Of a stretch of 64,000 bases of DNA, positions 51,168 through 64,000 are shown piece by piece. The translations under genes and the position numbers were made by a program. How positions within the stretch are numbered: position 1 is the first letter of the stretch; every line of letters starts with the position of its first letter. The notes beneath the pieces were generated by a model. The model had not been told where the DNA came from. It saw only the letters and a program-made list of their open reading frames with translations, and did not search any database. Location: NCBI GenBank assembly GCA_951406725.2, contig OX597838.1:35154001-35218000 (forward strand). Direction: 5' to 3'. This DNA is from Octopus vulgaris. Lineage: Eukaryota.

Positions 51168-51550
51168 GGAAGCACTCTGTCGGTTATGACGATGAGGGTT
51201 CCGGTTGATCTGAATCAACGGAACAGCCTGCTCGTGAAATTAACATGTAAGTGGCTGAGCACTCCACAGACACGTGCACCCTTAACGTAGTTTTCGGGGA
51301 TATTCAGTGTGACACAGAGAGTGACAAGGCCGGCCCCTTGAAATACAGGTACAACAGAAACAGGAAGTAAGAGTGAGAGAAAGTTGTAGTGAAAGAGTAT
51401 AGCAGGGATCACCACCATCCCCTGCCGGAGCCTCGTGGAGCTTTCAGGTGTTTTCGCTCAATAAACACTCACAACGCCCGGTCTGGGAATCGAAACCGCG
51501 ATCCTATGGCCGCGAGTCCGCTGCCCTAACCACTGGGCCATTGCGCCTCC
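51168..51550 (-). mobile_element. Full-length family-C tRNA-derived SINE nested in the tail of a family-A SINE, 12-bp TSD
   Basis: TSD AATGAAACAAGT at 51156-51167 and 51554-51565; head GGAGGCGCAATGGCCCAGTGGTTAGG...GGTTTCGATTCCC. Confidence 0.9.
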
Positions 51551-51792
51551 ACTAATGAAACAAGTAAAAGACATGTATAAGACATAAAGAAAAATTATCT
51601 CTGTTTCAGATGCACATTTCTTTTAATGGTGTAACTATGTTTTTCTTCTTCTTTAGTCTTGGGTCAGCTCTAATTGAACATAGGTGCTGCCTATGATCGA
51701 AATAACTCCATCTGTGACAAACCCATATTTTTGACTGACTTTTTGCTCTGCATTATTTAATGTGTTATTTGTTTCCTAAGATGTTTCCTATA

Positions 51793-52207
51793 GGTGCAGG
51801 AGTAGCTGTGTGGTAAGTAGCTTGCTTACCAACCACATGGTTCCGGGTTCAGTCCCACTGCGTGGCACCTTGGGCAAGTGTCTTCTGCTATAACCTCGGG
51901 CTGACCAATGCCTTGTGAATGGATTTGGTAGACGGAAACTGAAAGAAGCCTGTCGTATATATGCATATATATATATGTATGCTTGTGTGTGTGTGTTTGT
52001 CCCCCTAGCATTGCTTGACAACCGATGCTGGTGTGTTTACGTCCCCGTCACTTAGCGGTTCGGTAAAAGAGACCGATAGAATAAGTACTGGGCTTACAAA
52101 GAATAAGTCCTGGGGTCGATTTGCTCGACTAAAGGCGGTGCTCCAGCATGGCCACAGTCAAATGACTGAAACAAGTAAAAGAGTAAAAGAGAAAAGAGTA
52201 AAGAGTA
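51793..52207 (+). mobile_element. Family-A SINE
   Basis: Close match to the other copies. Confidence 0.9.
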
Positions 52208-53012
52208 TGATATAATGCGATTTGAATGAGATTGGTCTGTTATTTTTAACATGTTGAGTAAACATATTGAGACTCTCTTGTTTTATTAACATGAAGTAAA
52301 GTATGCTAAATTAGGAAACTGGTGACAAAGTAGTTCAATTTACTATTTTGATATTGCTCCATACCATTTAATTCCGAAGGATCTTTTCAGATAAAGTGAG
52401 AGAAATATAATTTTCTGAGCAACAGTTTGAGAGAGAGAGAGAGAGAAAGGTAGTGATGATAAGAGAGAAAGTCAGTGAAGGAAAGAAAAATAGACATTTA
52501 AAAGAAACAAAATAAAAAAGGACATTAGTATAATGTTAGTACAAGTCTGCAAATTTTAAATATTGTAGCTTGAAGTTGTAATGTACTAAATCTCTTTTCC
52601 AAAATTATTGCATTTGTGTTCCATCACCGCAGCAACAGGAGGCGAGAGCGGAGAAGGGAATTTCTCCCAAGCTTAGTATCCAGTTGTTGTCCACCTTGGA
52701 ATTATAGGTCAATGGTTGGCTTGATTCTAATTATTGATTATATGGAAGTTGTGAAGAAATTCTGGTGTCTGTTTTTATATATTGGAAAGATCTTTTATGC
52801 AACTGGGGAAAAGGAATGAAATAAAAGAAGAGAATGTATGTGTGTGTGTGTGTGTGTGTGTGCGTCTGTATTCAACTTGATAGAAAAAGGAAAAAAAGCA
52901 GAAAAATTGGCCTTGTTTAGCACAGATGAAGTGAATTGGTTGGAATTTACCTTTTTTCTTTTTTTAGTACCATCGCACTTAAGTCGTTTCTGATAATTCA
53001 AATGAATTCATA

Positions 53013-53413
53013 GGCGCAGGAGTGGCTGTGTGGTAAGTAGCTTGCTTACCAACCACATGGTTCCGGGTTCAGTCCCACTGCGTGGCATCTTGGGCAAGTG
53101 TCTTCTGCTATAGCCTCGGGCCGACCAATGCCTTGTGAGTGGATTTGGTAGACGGAAACTGAAAGAAGCCTGTCATATATATGTATATATATGTGTGTGT
53201 ATGTCTGTGTTTGTCCCCCTAGCATTGCTTGACAACCGATGCCGGTGTGTTTACGTCCCCGTCACTTAGCGGTTCGGCAAAAGAGACCGATAGAATAAGT
53301 ACTAGGCTTCCAAAGAATAAGTCCTGGGGGTCGATTTGCTCGACTAAAGGCGATGCTCCAGCATGTCCGCAGTCAAATGACTGAAACATGTAAAAGAGTA
53401 AAAGAGTAAAGAG
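53013..53413 (+). mobile_element. Family-A SINE
   Basis: Full head and tail. Confidence 0.9.
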
Positions 53414-53804
53414 AGGTCCTTGGTAGTGAAAAGGTTGGAAATCACTGACTTGGAGAATTCCTCGTTGGCTTATAATTGAGTCATTTGGTTAGTGGCTTTC
53501 TTTCTTTTTTGTATTGATATAAGATACCAGTCAAGTATTGGGGTCGATGTAATTGACTAACCTTTCCCTTAGGATATGCTGACTTTGTGCCTAAATTATC
53601 ATTATAGAAATCAGGGAACAACTGATTAAAGTGATCACAGTATATTACTGGTACTTATTTTTTATTGATTCTGTATGAAAAGCAAAGTGCACTATGGTGT
53701 GAGTTGACCTAAGGGATTTAAGTAGATAATAACAGTAATAATAATGATAATAAATAATAATAATAATAATGATAATAATAATGATAATAATAACACAATA
53801 ATAA

Positions 53805-54030
53805 TAATGGTTTCAAATTCTGATACAGAGCCAGCAGTTTTTGAAGGGAAGAGGAAGTCACTTATATTGACCCCCAATGCTCATCATCCTTTAGGGGTTG
53901 TTTCATCAACCCCTAAAGGATGATGAAAGGCAAGCTTGACCTTGGTAGCATTTGAATTCAGAACTCACAGAACCAGAGGAAATATCACTAGGCATTTTAT
54001 CAGATGCACTGATGATTTTGTCAACACATT
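53805..54030 (-). mobile_element. Family-B SINE, diverged, carrying an internal 20-bp fold-back hairpin (53881-53926)
   Basis: Family motifs flank TCATCATCCTTTAGGGGTTG-tttcat-CAACCCCTAAAGGATGATGA. Confidence 0.75.
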
Positions 54031-54031
54031 G

Positions 54032-54067
<36 letters not shown>

Positions 54068-55252
54068 TGATGTGATGACACACAACAATGATGATGATGA
54101 TGATGATAAATATCTAATTTTCTTGACTGAATTAAATTTATTGCTGAATATCTATAAACTCTGATAAGTAAAATGAAACAAAAAAATAAAAAGGAAAAAC
54201 TTATGGTATATTGTTTCCTGTCAAATATGTTGTGTTCTTTATAGAAATAGATAGAAATTTATTAAAAAAAAATCAAAAAAAGAAAATCATGTTTATTCTT
54301 TGATAGATGCAGTCAATTCCATTACATGATACTGAGAGAGCTTCATCTGCAGGATTTCTTCTAAAGGGGGAAGAGAAATATATATGTTAAGAAACGCTTG
54401 CACACAGATATTTCAAGTAGAGAAATTCAATGTTTTATACTTAATGCTTTTAAGTTTCTTACTGCAAGCAGATTTTTGGGCTTCAATCTTTCTTGGAATG
54501 TATATTTATATTACAAAAAAAAAAAAACCCTACACATTCTACTACCTCAGTATTGAGTTTCTCTCTCAAATAATAATAATAATAATTATGCATGTATGTG
54601 CACACACACACACAATGTGTACCAATGTGCACAGTGGTATGCACACTAGTGTACATATTTTCTGCATACAGACATGCATTTACATATACATACACACATA
54701 TACACAAACACAAAACATGCACCAATGTGTATATTGGAATGCACATTTGTATACATATTCTATTTGTGTATTTGTGTGCATTTGCATATTCATGTGCATT
54801 TGTATAATACATTTTCTGCACACACACACACCTGCACACATACTCACACACTCATATGCATATACACATAGTCATTTTAGCAAAATTATAGCCCTCCCAC
54901 CCCTACCAAATAAATCAATGCACTAGGTCCAATAAATTTATTTACTGAGAACAAGCCGCATACATATATTAGAATTGGGCCACTAGACTAATGTGGATCC
55001 TGGGTAATTACCCAGGGTGCCCACATCTGAAGATGACACGCTGTGTATGTGTGTATATTATACATCTGTGTTGTGTATATTATATATATATATATATGTG
55101 TTTGTGTGTGTGTGTGTGTTTATATTCCCAACTGACACGCATTTTCTTGATATTTGTTGAAGTCCTGATTACTGATGTTAACTTTACTCAATCAAGTGAC
55201 CCAGATTAATATCATCTGTCTTCTAGGCTGACATGGTTTAAACAGTTCAATA

Positions 55253-55485
55253 GGAAGCCTGTTGTATATATGTATATATATGTGTGTCTGTGTTTGTTCC
55301 CCTAGCATTGCTTGACAACCGATGCTGGTGTGTTTATGTCCCCGTTACTTAGCGGTTCCGCAAAAGAGACCGATAGAATAAGTACTGGGCTTACAAAAGA
55401 ATAAGTCCCGGGGTCGAGTTGCTCGATTATAGGCAGTGCTCCAGCATGGCCACAGTCAAATGACTGAAACAAGTAAAAGAGTAAA
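55253..55485 (+). mobile_element. Family-A SINE, 3' half
   Basis: Close match to the other copies. Confidence 0.85.
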
Positions 55486-55785
55486 GGAGCTGATGAATCA
55501 AAGAACATCTGTCTTCTCTGACAAGGCTTCTTCTATCTGCATTCACATTCTAACACTAACCACTAACACCGTAAAAAAATGGCCCCAGTACAGAGTGTAC
55601 TGGGTGCTTGTTTTTTTTTTTTTGTGGCACTAGTACTAACAAAGTCACTATGTAACTAATATGGCCAAAGAGGCTCCTTCACTGAGTGGAAGTTATTGCA
55701 GAGAGAAAGGTGGCTTTGTGCTTGGTATTGAGACGTTTAAAGTAAGGTTGATGTAGACAGTATGATAGACCATAGTTTCAAGAAT

Positions 55786-55999
55786 CTCTTTACTCTTTTA
55801 CTTGTTTCAGTCATTTAACTGCGGCCATGCTGGAGCACCGCCTTTAGTCGAGCAAATCGACCCTGGGACTTATTCTTTGTAAGCCCAGTACTTATTCTAT
55901 CGATCTCTTTTGCCGAACCGCTAAGTGACAGGGACGTAAACACACCAGCATCGGTTGTCAAGCAATGCTAGGGGGACAAACACAGACACACAAACACAC

Positions 56000-56063
<64 letters not shown>

Positions 56064-56226
56064 GACAGGCTTCTTTCAGTTTCCGTCTACCAAATCCACT
56101 CACAAGGCATTGGTCAGACCGGGGCTATAGCAGAAGACACTTGCCCAAGATGCCACGCAGTGGGACTGAACCCAGAACCATGTGGTTGGTTAGAAAGCTA
56201 CTTACCACACAGCCACTCCTGCGCCT
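55786..56226 (-). mobile_element. Family-A SINE, full length
   Basis: Close match to the other copies. Confidence 0.9.
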
Positions 56227-56894
56227 ATAAGAAATTAATTTTTAAAAAATTTATATCCCAGCAAAATTGCTGACCCTGAACTAAAATTTCAAACACACAC
56301 ACACACACATACAAACACACACACAAAACAAAAAAGAAAATTCTCATGCAACTATTCCAAACTTCAAGCAGAATATTGCTGGTGCAAAACCACAAGTTAA
56401 ATAAATCTAGTGAAAACCCTTCTGCTAACAACTATAATTATAGTAGCACCAATAATTTCTCACTCAACAATAGCTGTTTAACTAAGGACATAGTCTATAA
56501 ATGCATAAATGTTCTGTTGACACTCACCATTCATCCAGTATGTGTGTGTGTGTGTGTGTAGATACACACTCATACATATATAAAATGCACTATGTGGTCA
56601 AAACCTCATTAACTATTGTTGTGTACGTGTTTTCCTCCTTTTAACTAAGTATTGTGTGATTTGGGGAGATTTGGTTGCTACATCTAGCAGGCTATAAAAC
56701 TGTTTGGGGCAAAGGTTCCTAACCTGGGGTTTACAGAACTTTGAGTGTTCACAGGAGTAAGTATTAAGGATCTTTGAGTTGTGTTCAAAATTTTTAAGGG
56801 CTTCACTGTGAAAATGTATAAATTACTCAGTTATGCATACCTATTTCTTTCAACTGAGAGATGAAACTGAGAAAATGAGCTTGTCATTATTCGT

Positions 56895-57260
56895 TTATTT
56901 GTTTCTGTCATTTGACTGCCACCATGCTGGAGCACTGCCTTTAGTCCAACAAATCAACTCCAGGACTTATTCTTTGTAAGCTTAGCACTTACTCTATTGG
57001 TCTCTTTTGCTGAACCCCTAAGTTACAGGGATATAAACACACCAGCATCAGTTGTCAAGCGATGGTGGAAGGGGACACACACACACACACACACACGACA
57101 TGCTTCTTTCAGTTTCCGTGTACCAAATCCACTCACAAGGCTTTGGTTGGCCTGAGGCTATAGTGGAAGACACTTACCTTAGGTGCCATGCAGTGGGACT
57201 AATCCTGGAACCATGTGGTTGGTAAGCAAGCTACTTACCACACAGCCACTCCACTCCTAG
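56895..57260 (-). mobile_element. Family-A SINE
   Basis: Moderately diverged match. Confidence 0.8.
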
Positions 57261-57429
57261 ACTGACTTTTCAAAACCTTTGGGTTCATCTATCCATCTGT
57301 CCATCTTCTCTGTCCTCTATTTCTGGGAGGATTATTGGGTTAGATTCCTCAGGCATCTCCTTAGTAGTGTTCTATCAAAAGCAACATCACTACACTTTCA
57401 GGCTGGATTCCCAACTGATACAATTAATA

Positions 57430-57545
57430 TTATCCAGCCATTCTTGGTCTACCCATAGCCTTCTTGTTAGCCCACCTTGAAGAGTCCATTTTGCAATTCT
57501 TTCCTGCAACGCTCTAATCACTTGTCCGTAGTACTTGAGCTATGA
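57430..57545 (-). mobile_element. Decayed RTE-like ORF2 C-terminal remnant
   Basis: My translation LKYYGQVIRA...KKAMGRPRM resembles the RTE 'LR.FGHV.R...GRPR' motif. Confidence 0.5.
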
Positions 57546-57669
57546 CCTCTAAATGCAAAGAAGTGGCAGCTCAACTGGAGAGTCTCTCTGAGCTAAGCAC
57601 CATGTCAAATAATGTTACTCTAAAAATCCTTGATGTCTGTAGAAAAAAAAAAAAAAGTTTAAATAGATA

Positions 57670-58066
57670 GGCGCAGGAGTGGCTGTGTGGTAAGTAGCTT
57701 TGCTAACCAACCACATGGTTCCGGGTTCAGTCGAACTGCATGGGATCTTGAGCAAGTGTCTTCTGCTATAGCCCCAGGCCGACCAATGCCTTGTGAGTGG
57801 ATTTGGTAGACGGAAACTGAAAGAAGCCTGTCGTATATATATGTATATATATGTATGTGTGTTTGTTTGTGTGTCCCCCTAGCATTGCTTGACAACCGAT
57901 GCTGGTGTGTTTATGTCCCTGTTACTTAGCGGTTTGGCAAAAGAGACCGATAGAATAAGTACTGGGCTTACAAAAAGAATAAGTCCCGGGGTCGAGTTGC
58001 TCGATTAAAGGCGTTGCTCCAGCATGGCCGCAGTCAAATAACTGAAGCAAGTAAAAGAGTAAAGAG
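57670..58066 (+). mobile_element. Family-A SINE
   Basis: Full head and tail. Confidence 0.9.
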
Positions 58067-58404
58067 AGGTCCTTGGTAGTGAAAAGGTTGGAAATCACTG
58101 ACGTGGAGAATTCCTCGTTGGCTTATAATTGAGTCATTTGGTTAGTGGCAGTGATGAACATTCAGCTGTAAAAGTAATTTCTGTAACAAAAGCAAATCCT
58201 ATCAACATGTCAGCATGGAAAATTGGATGTACAACGAGCTTTCTGATAGCAGAAATAAAATTGAGATTTTATGAAATTCTTTAATAGATGCAACTGACAC
58301 TAGCTGTGTGTGTTTTTGTTCATTCAGAATACATCAACGATATTGCGTTTGTCTTGGATATAATATTTAACTCTAGGTAATTACGTGTGTACGAAGTGTG
58401 TTTT

Positions 58405-58413
58405 GTATGTATA

Positions 58414-58466
<53 letters not shown>

Positions 58467-58705
58467 TAATATATGTACATATATGTATGTGTGCATGAAT
58501 GTGTATAGGAGTATATGTATATATTTTTATGTGTATTCATATGTGTGTGTATGTAGATAAAAACAAAATGAGAAAGATTAAAAGATATAGTAGGAAACAA
58601 ATAAATGTATATTTATATATATATATATATGTGTGTGTGTGTATGTGTGTATATATATGTGTGTGTGTGTGTGTGTGTATATATGTGTGTGTGTGTGTGT
58701 ATATA

Positions 58706-58748
<43 letters not shown>

Positions 58749-58753
58749 ATATA

Positions 58754-58785
<32 letters not shown>

Positions 58786-58809
58786 TGTGTGTGTGTGTGT
58801 GTATATATA

Positions 58810-58840
<31 letters not shown>

Positions 58841-58995
58841 GTGTTATATGTGTGTGTATATATATGTGTGTGTGTATATATATATATATTATGCAGATAT
58901 ATATGTATATATGTACATATATGTTTATAGATATATGTATCTATATTCGTGTGTGCGTGTGCACACTCACACACACATATATATCGTGTGTATGT
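58405..58995. repeat. (TG)n/(TA)n compound microsatellite
   Basis: Read directly. Confidence 0.95.
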
Positions 58996-59388
58996 ATCTA
59001 CTCATTTTACAAATTATTAAAAAAAAATCAAGTGAGAGAGATAATAGAAAAAGAGTAAGAGAAAAATCGAAGAAGAAAAATGAAATAATAATTAGATAAA
59101 ACATAAAATATATTTTAAGTAACTGAAATGGAATGGTGTTGAATCTCCCACCACCACACACCATAACAAAAAAATAAATTTTAGTTCATTAATATTTTTA
59201 TATTAATTTGGAAAAATTAAAGCAAAACAACAGAAAAAAAAAAAACCTTGAAATTGTTATTTATCTAGCTGTCCAATTTTCTTGTCAGCGTAACAAATGG
59301 AAAGCAAATTTGTTTTCAGAATAAATTTATTCATTAAAACAGCTTGTTGTATATAAGTTTAAAGAGTTATTACATTGGATTATTATAA

Positions 59389-59449
<61 letters not shown>

Positions 59450-59453
<4 letters not shown>

Positions 59454-59571
59454 CGCACACATACACCAAGACATAAATATATAGATATCTAGCATTGGTC
59501 TACACAGGTGTGTGAGGTTTACATGTATATATGTTGATGTAAATATATATAGATGTGTGTGTATGTATATA

Positions 59572-59629
<58 letters not shown>

Positions 59630-59770
59630 CTATATATATGAATGTATGTAATATATACGCACACATGCACACCAAGACATAAATATATAGATATCTAGCA
59701 TTGGTCTACACAGGTGTGTGAGGTTTACATGTATATATGTTGATGTAAATATATATAGATGTGTGTGTAT
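59450..59770. repeat. Two-copy tandem duplication of a ~115-bp unit separated by (TA)n
   Basis: caccaagacataaatatatagatatctagcattggtctacacaggtgtgtgagg... at about 59464 and 59670. Confidence 0.9.
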
Positions 59771-59962
59771 ATATATATATGTATGTATGTATATATATGA
59801 AAGAAAATGGGATGACAAAGAAATAAGCAATTATCTTATGAACTTCATTTGCCTTACAGCTGTTTCTGATATAGGATCCAGTGGACTTGTAGTTGAGTGC
59901 CTGAATAGCACTTTATAACTTCACTGGAGTTTCAAAAATATGAACTGCATATATATATGAAC

Positions 59963-60002
<40 letters not shown>

Positions 60003-60016
60003 CACACACACACACA

Positions 60017-60137
60017 CGAAGGGGTGCTGAAAAGTTCTTGGCTTTGGATAAAAAAAAATAAAAGAGGATCAGTTAATTTTGATTTTATTCAACATATTTC
60101 CCTCCAAGATTCACAGCAATGCTTCAGCAACCCCTTG
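60017..60137. mobile_element. Tc1/mariner-type MITE, internally deleted copy 3
   Basis: CGAAGGGGTGCTGAAAAG...TTCAGCAACCCCTTG|TA. Confidence 0.75.
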
Positions 60138-60209
60138 TACATACATACATATAAAAAAAAAAAATATATATATATGTAAATATTTCTCTCTCTCCCCATC
60201 CATCCATCC

Positions 60210-60243
<34 letters not shown>

Positions 60244-60582
60244 GCATGGCTATGTTGTTTAGGTGTCAGTGTATATCTGTCTATCAGTACATACATGACT
60301 GTGTTGTTGAGAAGCTTGCTTCTTACCCATGTGGTCTCTGGTTCAGTTCCACTATGCAAAATCTTAAGCAAGTGTCTTCTACTATAGCCCTGGTGTGACC
60401 AAAGTGCCTCTAGTCTTCCATGGGAAATATGTTTAGCTATGAAAAATATCACCTTGTTTGGAAACTAATGAGGATTGGTGACAAGAAAGAATCTAGCTAT
60501 AGAAAATCTGCCTAACCAAATTCTGTCTCACTTATGCAAGCATGCAGACAATAGATGTTAAATAATAATAATAATAATAATG

Positions 60583-61079
60583 AAATTATTGCATACAGTG
60601 CTCAGGTGCACCACAACGTGTCAGAGTATATGCAGTAATATACAAATGTCTGGAAAGCGAACAATGCATGAGTCAGATACAAGCTTGTGAGTGTATGGAG
60701 GGGAGAAAATCAGGTGTAGTGTTGGCGAATCTCAGAAAGCATGGAAGTTTTGAAGGATGCAGTGCTCCGACAACTAACAACTGATGCTGGCAGTTTGTTC
60801 CATGCTTCAGCAACTCTTAGCGTGAAAAAATGTTTCCTAAAGTCATGGGAGCTGTGCTGTTTTCTGACTTTGTAAATATGTCCACGGGTGTTAGACGGGT
60901 GGAGTTTGAAAAGGTGCTCAGAGTTATTGTTTGTACGATGGTTGTTAATTTTATGGGTGTCTGCCAAGTCAGCTGCCAGACGTCGGAGTTTCAATGTGTC
61001 CATGCCCAGGGAAGTAAGGCGTTCAGGATATGGCAAATGCCTGATGGAGGGTATTCTTTTGGTTGCACGTCGCTGAACG
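60583..61079 (-). mobile_element. 5'-truncated CR1-group LINE
   Basis: ORF 60710-61036 PYPERLTSLGMDTLKLRRLAADL...NTRGHIYK...FRKHFFTLRVAEAWNKLP. Confidence 0.9.
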
Positions 61080-61549
61080 ACTTGATGATGATGATTTGTA
61101 TTTATGCATATGTGTGCTTGTGTGTATGGATATATATATCTATATCATGAAGATCATCATATCATTTTGTTTGATTGCCATGCTATCATATGTAGGATAG
61201 GTTAAAGCACTTCCAAGTGTGACCCTGTCATTTCTGTCTGTTTTATTCTACAGCTAGATGTATTTCATAGCAGTAATCTCCCTACAGAATTTACTAAGTG
61301 CAGTTAATCATGACCCCAGTACTAGAGTAGTCATCACATCCTCAACATTATAGGGCTAAATTCTGTATTGAGAATTCTTCTCAATCCATTGTTGTTTCTG
61401 CTCTTTTACTAACCACTTTATAGAGGGCACTGTGTGTGTGTGTGTTTTATTGTGGTTTCAGCATTTGTGAGATTGCCTCGTATGCTGCAAGACAAACAGG
61501 TGGTGTTGGTGGGTCTCACTACTGTATATTATCTCTGGTTGAGGCAACA

Positions 61550-61860
61550 TCTATAATAATAAATGCAAAATTCTGTCTGTCCGTCCATCCAAGAACCTGT
61601 ATCTCAGTCTACATAGTCCATGTTGCTCCACATAGACATATTATACCTTTCTGGAATCAGGACGATTCCAGGATTGAAAATCTGCCCTTCATTTGGTTCT
61701 TGAACATCCAGCATTGGGATCAGATCTGGATGAGGATTTGTTATAAGCTAACAGTTGAAAAATTCAAATTTTAAAAGAACTTCAAAAATTTGTGGACTTA
61801 AATGTTTTTCATTTAAACTAAATTTAAAGTAATACCATATTGGTAGGGTACCAATAAATG
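61550..61860 (+). mobile_element. Possible Helitron 5' fragment
   Basis: A|TCTATAATAATAAA followed by ctgtctgtccgtcc; no 3' hairpin-CTAG found, so the end coordinate is approximate. Confidence 0.35.
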
Positions 61861-62104
61861 CTTTATTGTTATTGCTCTCTTTAGTTTTGGTTCGCAGGCC
61901 CAATTAGCCCCTCCACAAGAGCTAACCTAAAACTCTGCATGGAGTGTAACCAACAAAATAGCCAGATTACAGGGTGAGATGATATATGTGTTTCTGTGTG
62001 TATTAAACATGCCTGCATCAGCTGAAAGAATGACAGCAAGTATTGAATAAATCACCGTTAAGAAACTTGGAGTTCTGAATATAAATGTTTCATGGTTCAT
62101 TTAG

Positions 62105-62137
<33 letters not shown>

Positions 62138-62476
62138 GTATATGTATGTGTATGTATATGTATATGTATGTATATGTATATATATATATGTATATGTATA
62201 TATATATGTATATGTATATATATATGTATATGTATATATATGTATATGTATATGTATATATATATGTATATATATGTATATGTATATATATGTATATGTA
62301 TGTATATGTATGTATATGTATATGTATGTATATGTATGTATATGTATATGTATGTATATGTATATGTATGTATATGTATATGTATGTATATGTATATATA
62401 TGTATGTATATGTATATGTATATGTATGTATATGTATATGTATATATATGTATATGTATATATATGTATATGTATG

Positions 62477-62510
<34 letters not shown>

Positions 62511-62515
62511 TATAT
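62105..62515. repeat. (TATATG)n/(TATG)n microsatellite
   Basis: Read directly. Confidence 0.95.
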
Positions 62516-62694
62516 ACTCTTTTACTCTTTTACTTGTTTCAGTCATTTGACTGCGGCCATGATGGAGCACCGCCTTTAGTTGAGCAAATCGACTCCAGGT
62601 CTTTTTTGCTGAACTGCTAAGTTACGGGGACGTAAACACACCAGCATCGATTGTCAAGCGATGTTGGGGGCCAAACACAGACACGCAAACATAT

Positions 62695-62746
<52 letters not shown>

Positions 62747-62908
62747 GACGGGCTTCTTTCAGTTTCCGTCTACCAAATCCACTCACAAGGGTTTGGTCGG
62801 CCTGAGGCTATAGCAGAGGACACTTGCCCAAGATGCCACGCAGTGGGACTGAACCCGGAACCATGTGGTTGGTAGGTAAGCTACTTACCACGCAGCCACT
62901 CCTGCACC
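62516..62908 (-). mobile_element. Family-A SINE with internal deletion
   Basis: Close match to the other copies. Confidence 0.9.
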
Positions 62909-63154
62909 TATATATATATATGTATATATATACATATTGAATGTAAAAACGAATTGGAGACAATCAGAAGGTCTGTAATTCTTCAGTTATTGACCAATTG
63001 GTAATATTCAGTTTTGCACTGACGATAGCTGACAAAGAATTACAGACCTTCTGTGTGTCTTCCATTCGTTCTAACATTCAGTATACATTATGTCATTTGT
63101 TTATTTACCATGCATTTTTTCATTTATTAAGTAATGGAACACAACACACACCAA

Positions 63155-63188
<34 letters not shown>

Positions 63189-64000
63189 TTGCTATTATGT
63201 TAAACTGTTACATGTCCAAATTTGGCCAAATGTGTTTGTTTCAATATTTATTTTTGCTTGCAATAGCCAGTTCTTTTGGCCAAACTATTGTATCTCCAGC
63301 TGCTTCAGATGCAAAGATATCAAAAATTGTCAAAGTGGAGTACAGCAGTTTTGCTATTGAATGGTGAAACTATTTTTTTGTTTTCTGAAAAAGCAACGTT
63401 TTGGACTTACAAAACTTTTGCATCAAAGAACCCCTCAAATCAAAGAACCCCTCAAATCTAGGATTTCCTTGACTACTAATGGCAAGTTCCTTTTCGCTGC
63501 TGAGTTCTCAAGTTTACAGGTGTATGCTGAGAGTAGCTTCATATAAACAAGCCATTCTCATCACTTTTTGACAAATTCATTCAAGGGAAGCACCTTTGTC
63601 TCCACTCTCATCTATCTTTACATTTTCACCTTCCTTTCCTACCTGACCTTCTTCTCCATCCTCACTTTCCTTTCCAAGAAGAACCTAAAGAACCAATGAA
63701 GGCTTGACCAAAGATGAAAGTGTCTGTTTTTACCTTTCAACCTTGCCTGTCATGAAATCTTTTTCTTTATGGCCATCAAATAAGAAAACTGACTGATTTT
63801 CTCTCAGCCAAATGAAGGCATTGAGACAATCTTCAGAATGGGACTTGGCTGATTGTTAGATATGTCCTGTATGCAACAACAGCTGTTTGATGTAATTCCA
63901 CAAGTCAGCAATTACACATAGTATATATTACAACGATAATAGATTATCCTTATTTTCAGCTAAGATTCCACTGAGGTCAACTTTGCCTTTCATCCTTTTG

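Noticed and set aside
51478-51550. tRNA-like sequence with A and B boxes
   Set aside because: It is the head of a family-C SINE enclosed by a TSD; I could not fold a proper cloverleaf.
63267-63363. Possible plus-strand exon (SSFGQTIVSPAASDAKISKIVKVEYSSFAIE)
   Set aside because: The acceptor is plausible but the donor (GTGAAA) is weak, there is no recognisable domain and no partner exons; needs RNA-seq.

Overview
Eukaryotic, very AT-rich and repeat-dense 64-kb window with no host protein-coding gene that I can support. The repeat families and the very high (TA)n/(CA)n/(CAT)n content resemble an octopus-type (coleoid cephalopod) genome; this taxon call is an inference. Nearly all ORFs in the supplied track are microsatellite or SINE artefacts. 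Recognisable content: (i) three tRNA-headed SINE families (A, B, C), some with target-site duplications (TSDs); (ii) 3'-terminal fragments of RTE and CR1-group LINEs; (iii) non-autonomous DNA elements (mariner-, piggyBac-, hAT- and Merlin-type MITEs, a Helitron, Helentron/HINE-like pieces); (iv) an internally deleted Penelope-like element with RT and GIY-YIG remnants. The most interesting signal is six type-I hammerhead-ribozyme-like motifs with mostly unrelated stem sequences, plus one weaker one. Each lies in a short non-coding island next to (TA)n arrays. One sits in a ~302-bp unit bounded by direct repeats (retrozyme/pseudo-LTR architecture), and one is at the axis of a 234-bp palindrome. 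Several short fold-back hairpins suggest recurrent template-switch mutation. All structure calls were made by eye and need covariance-model and experimental checks.
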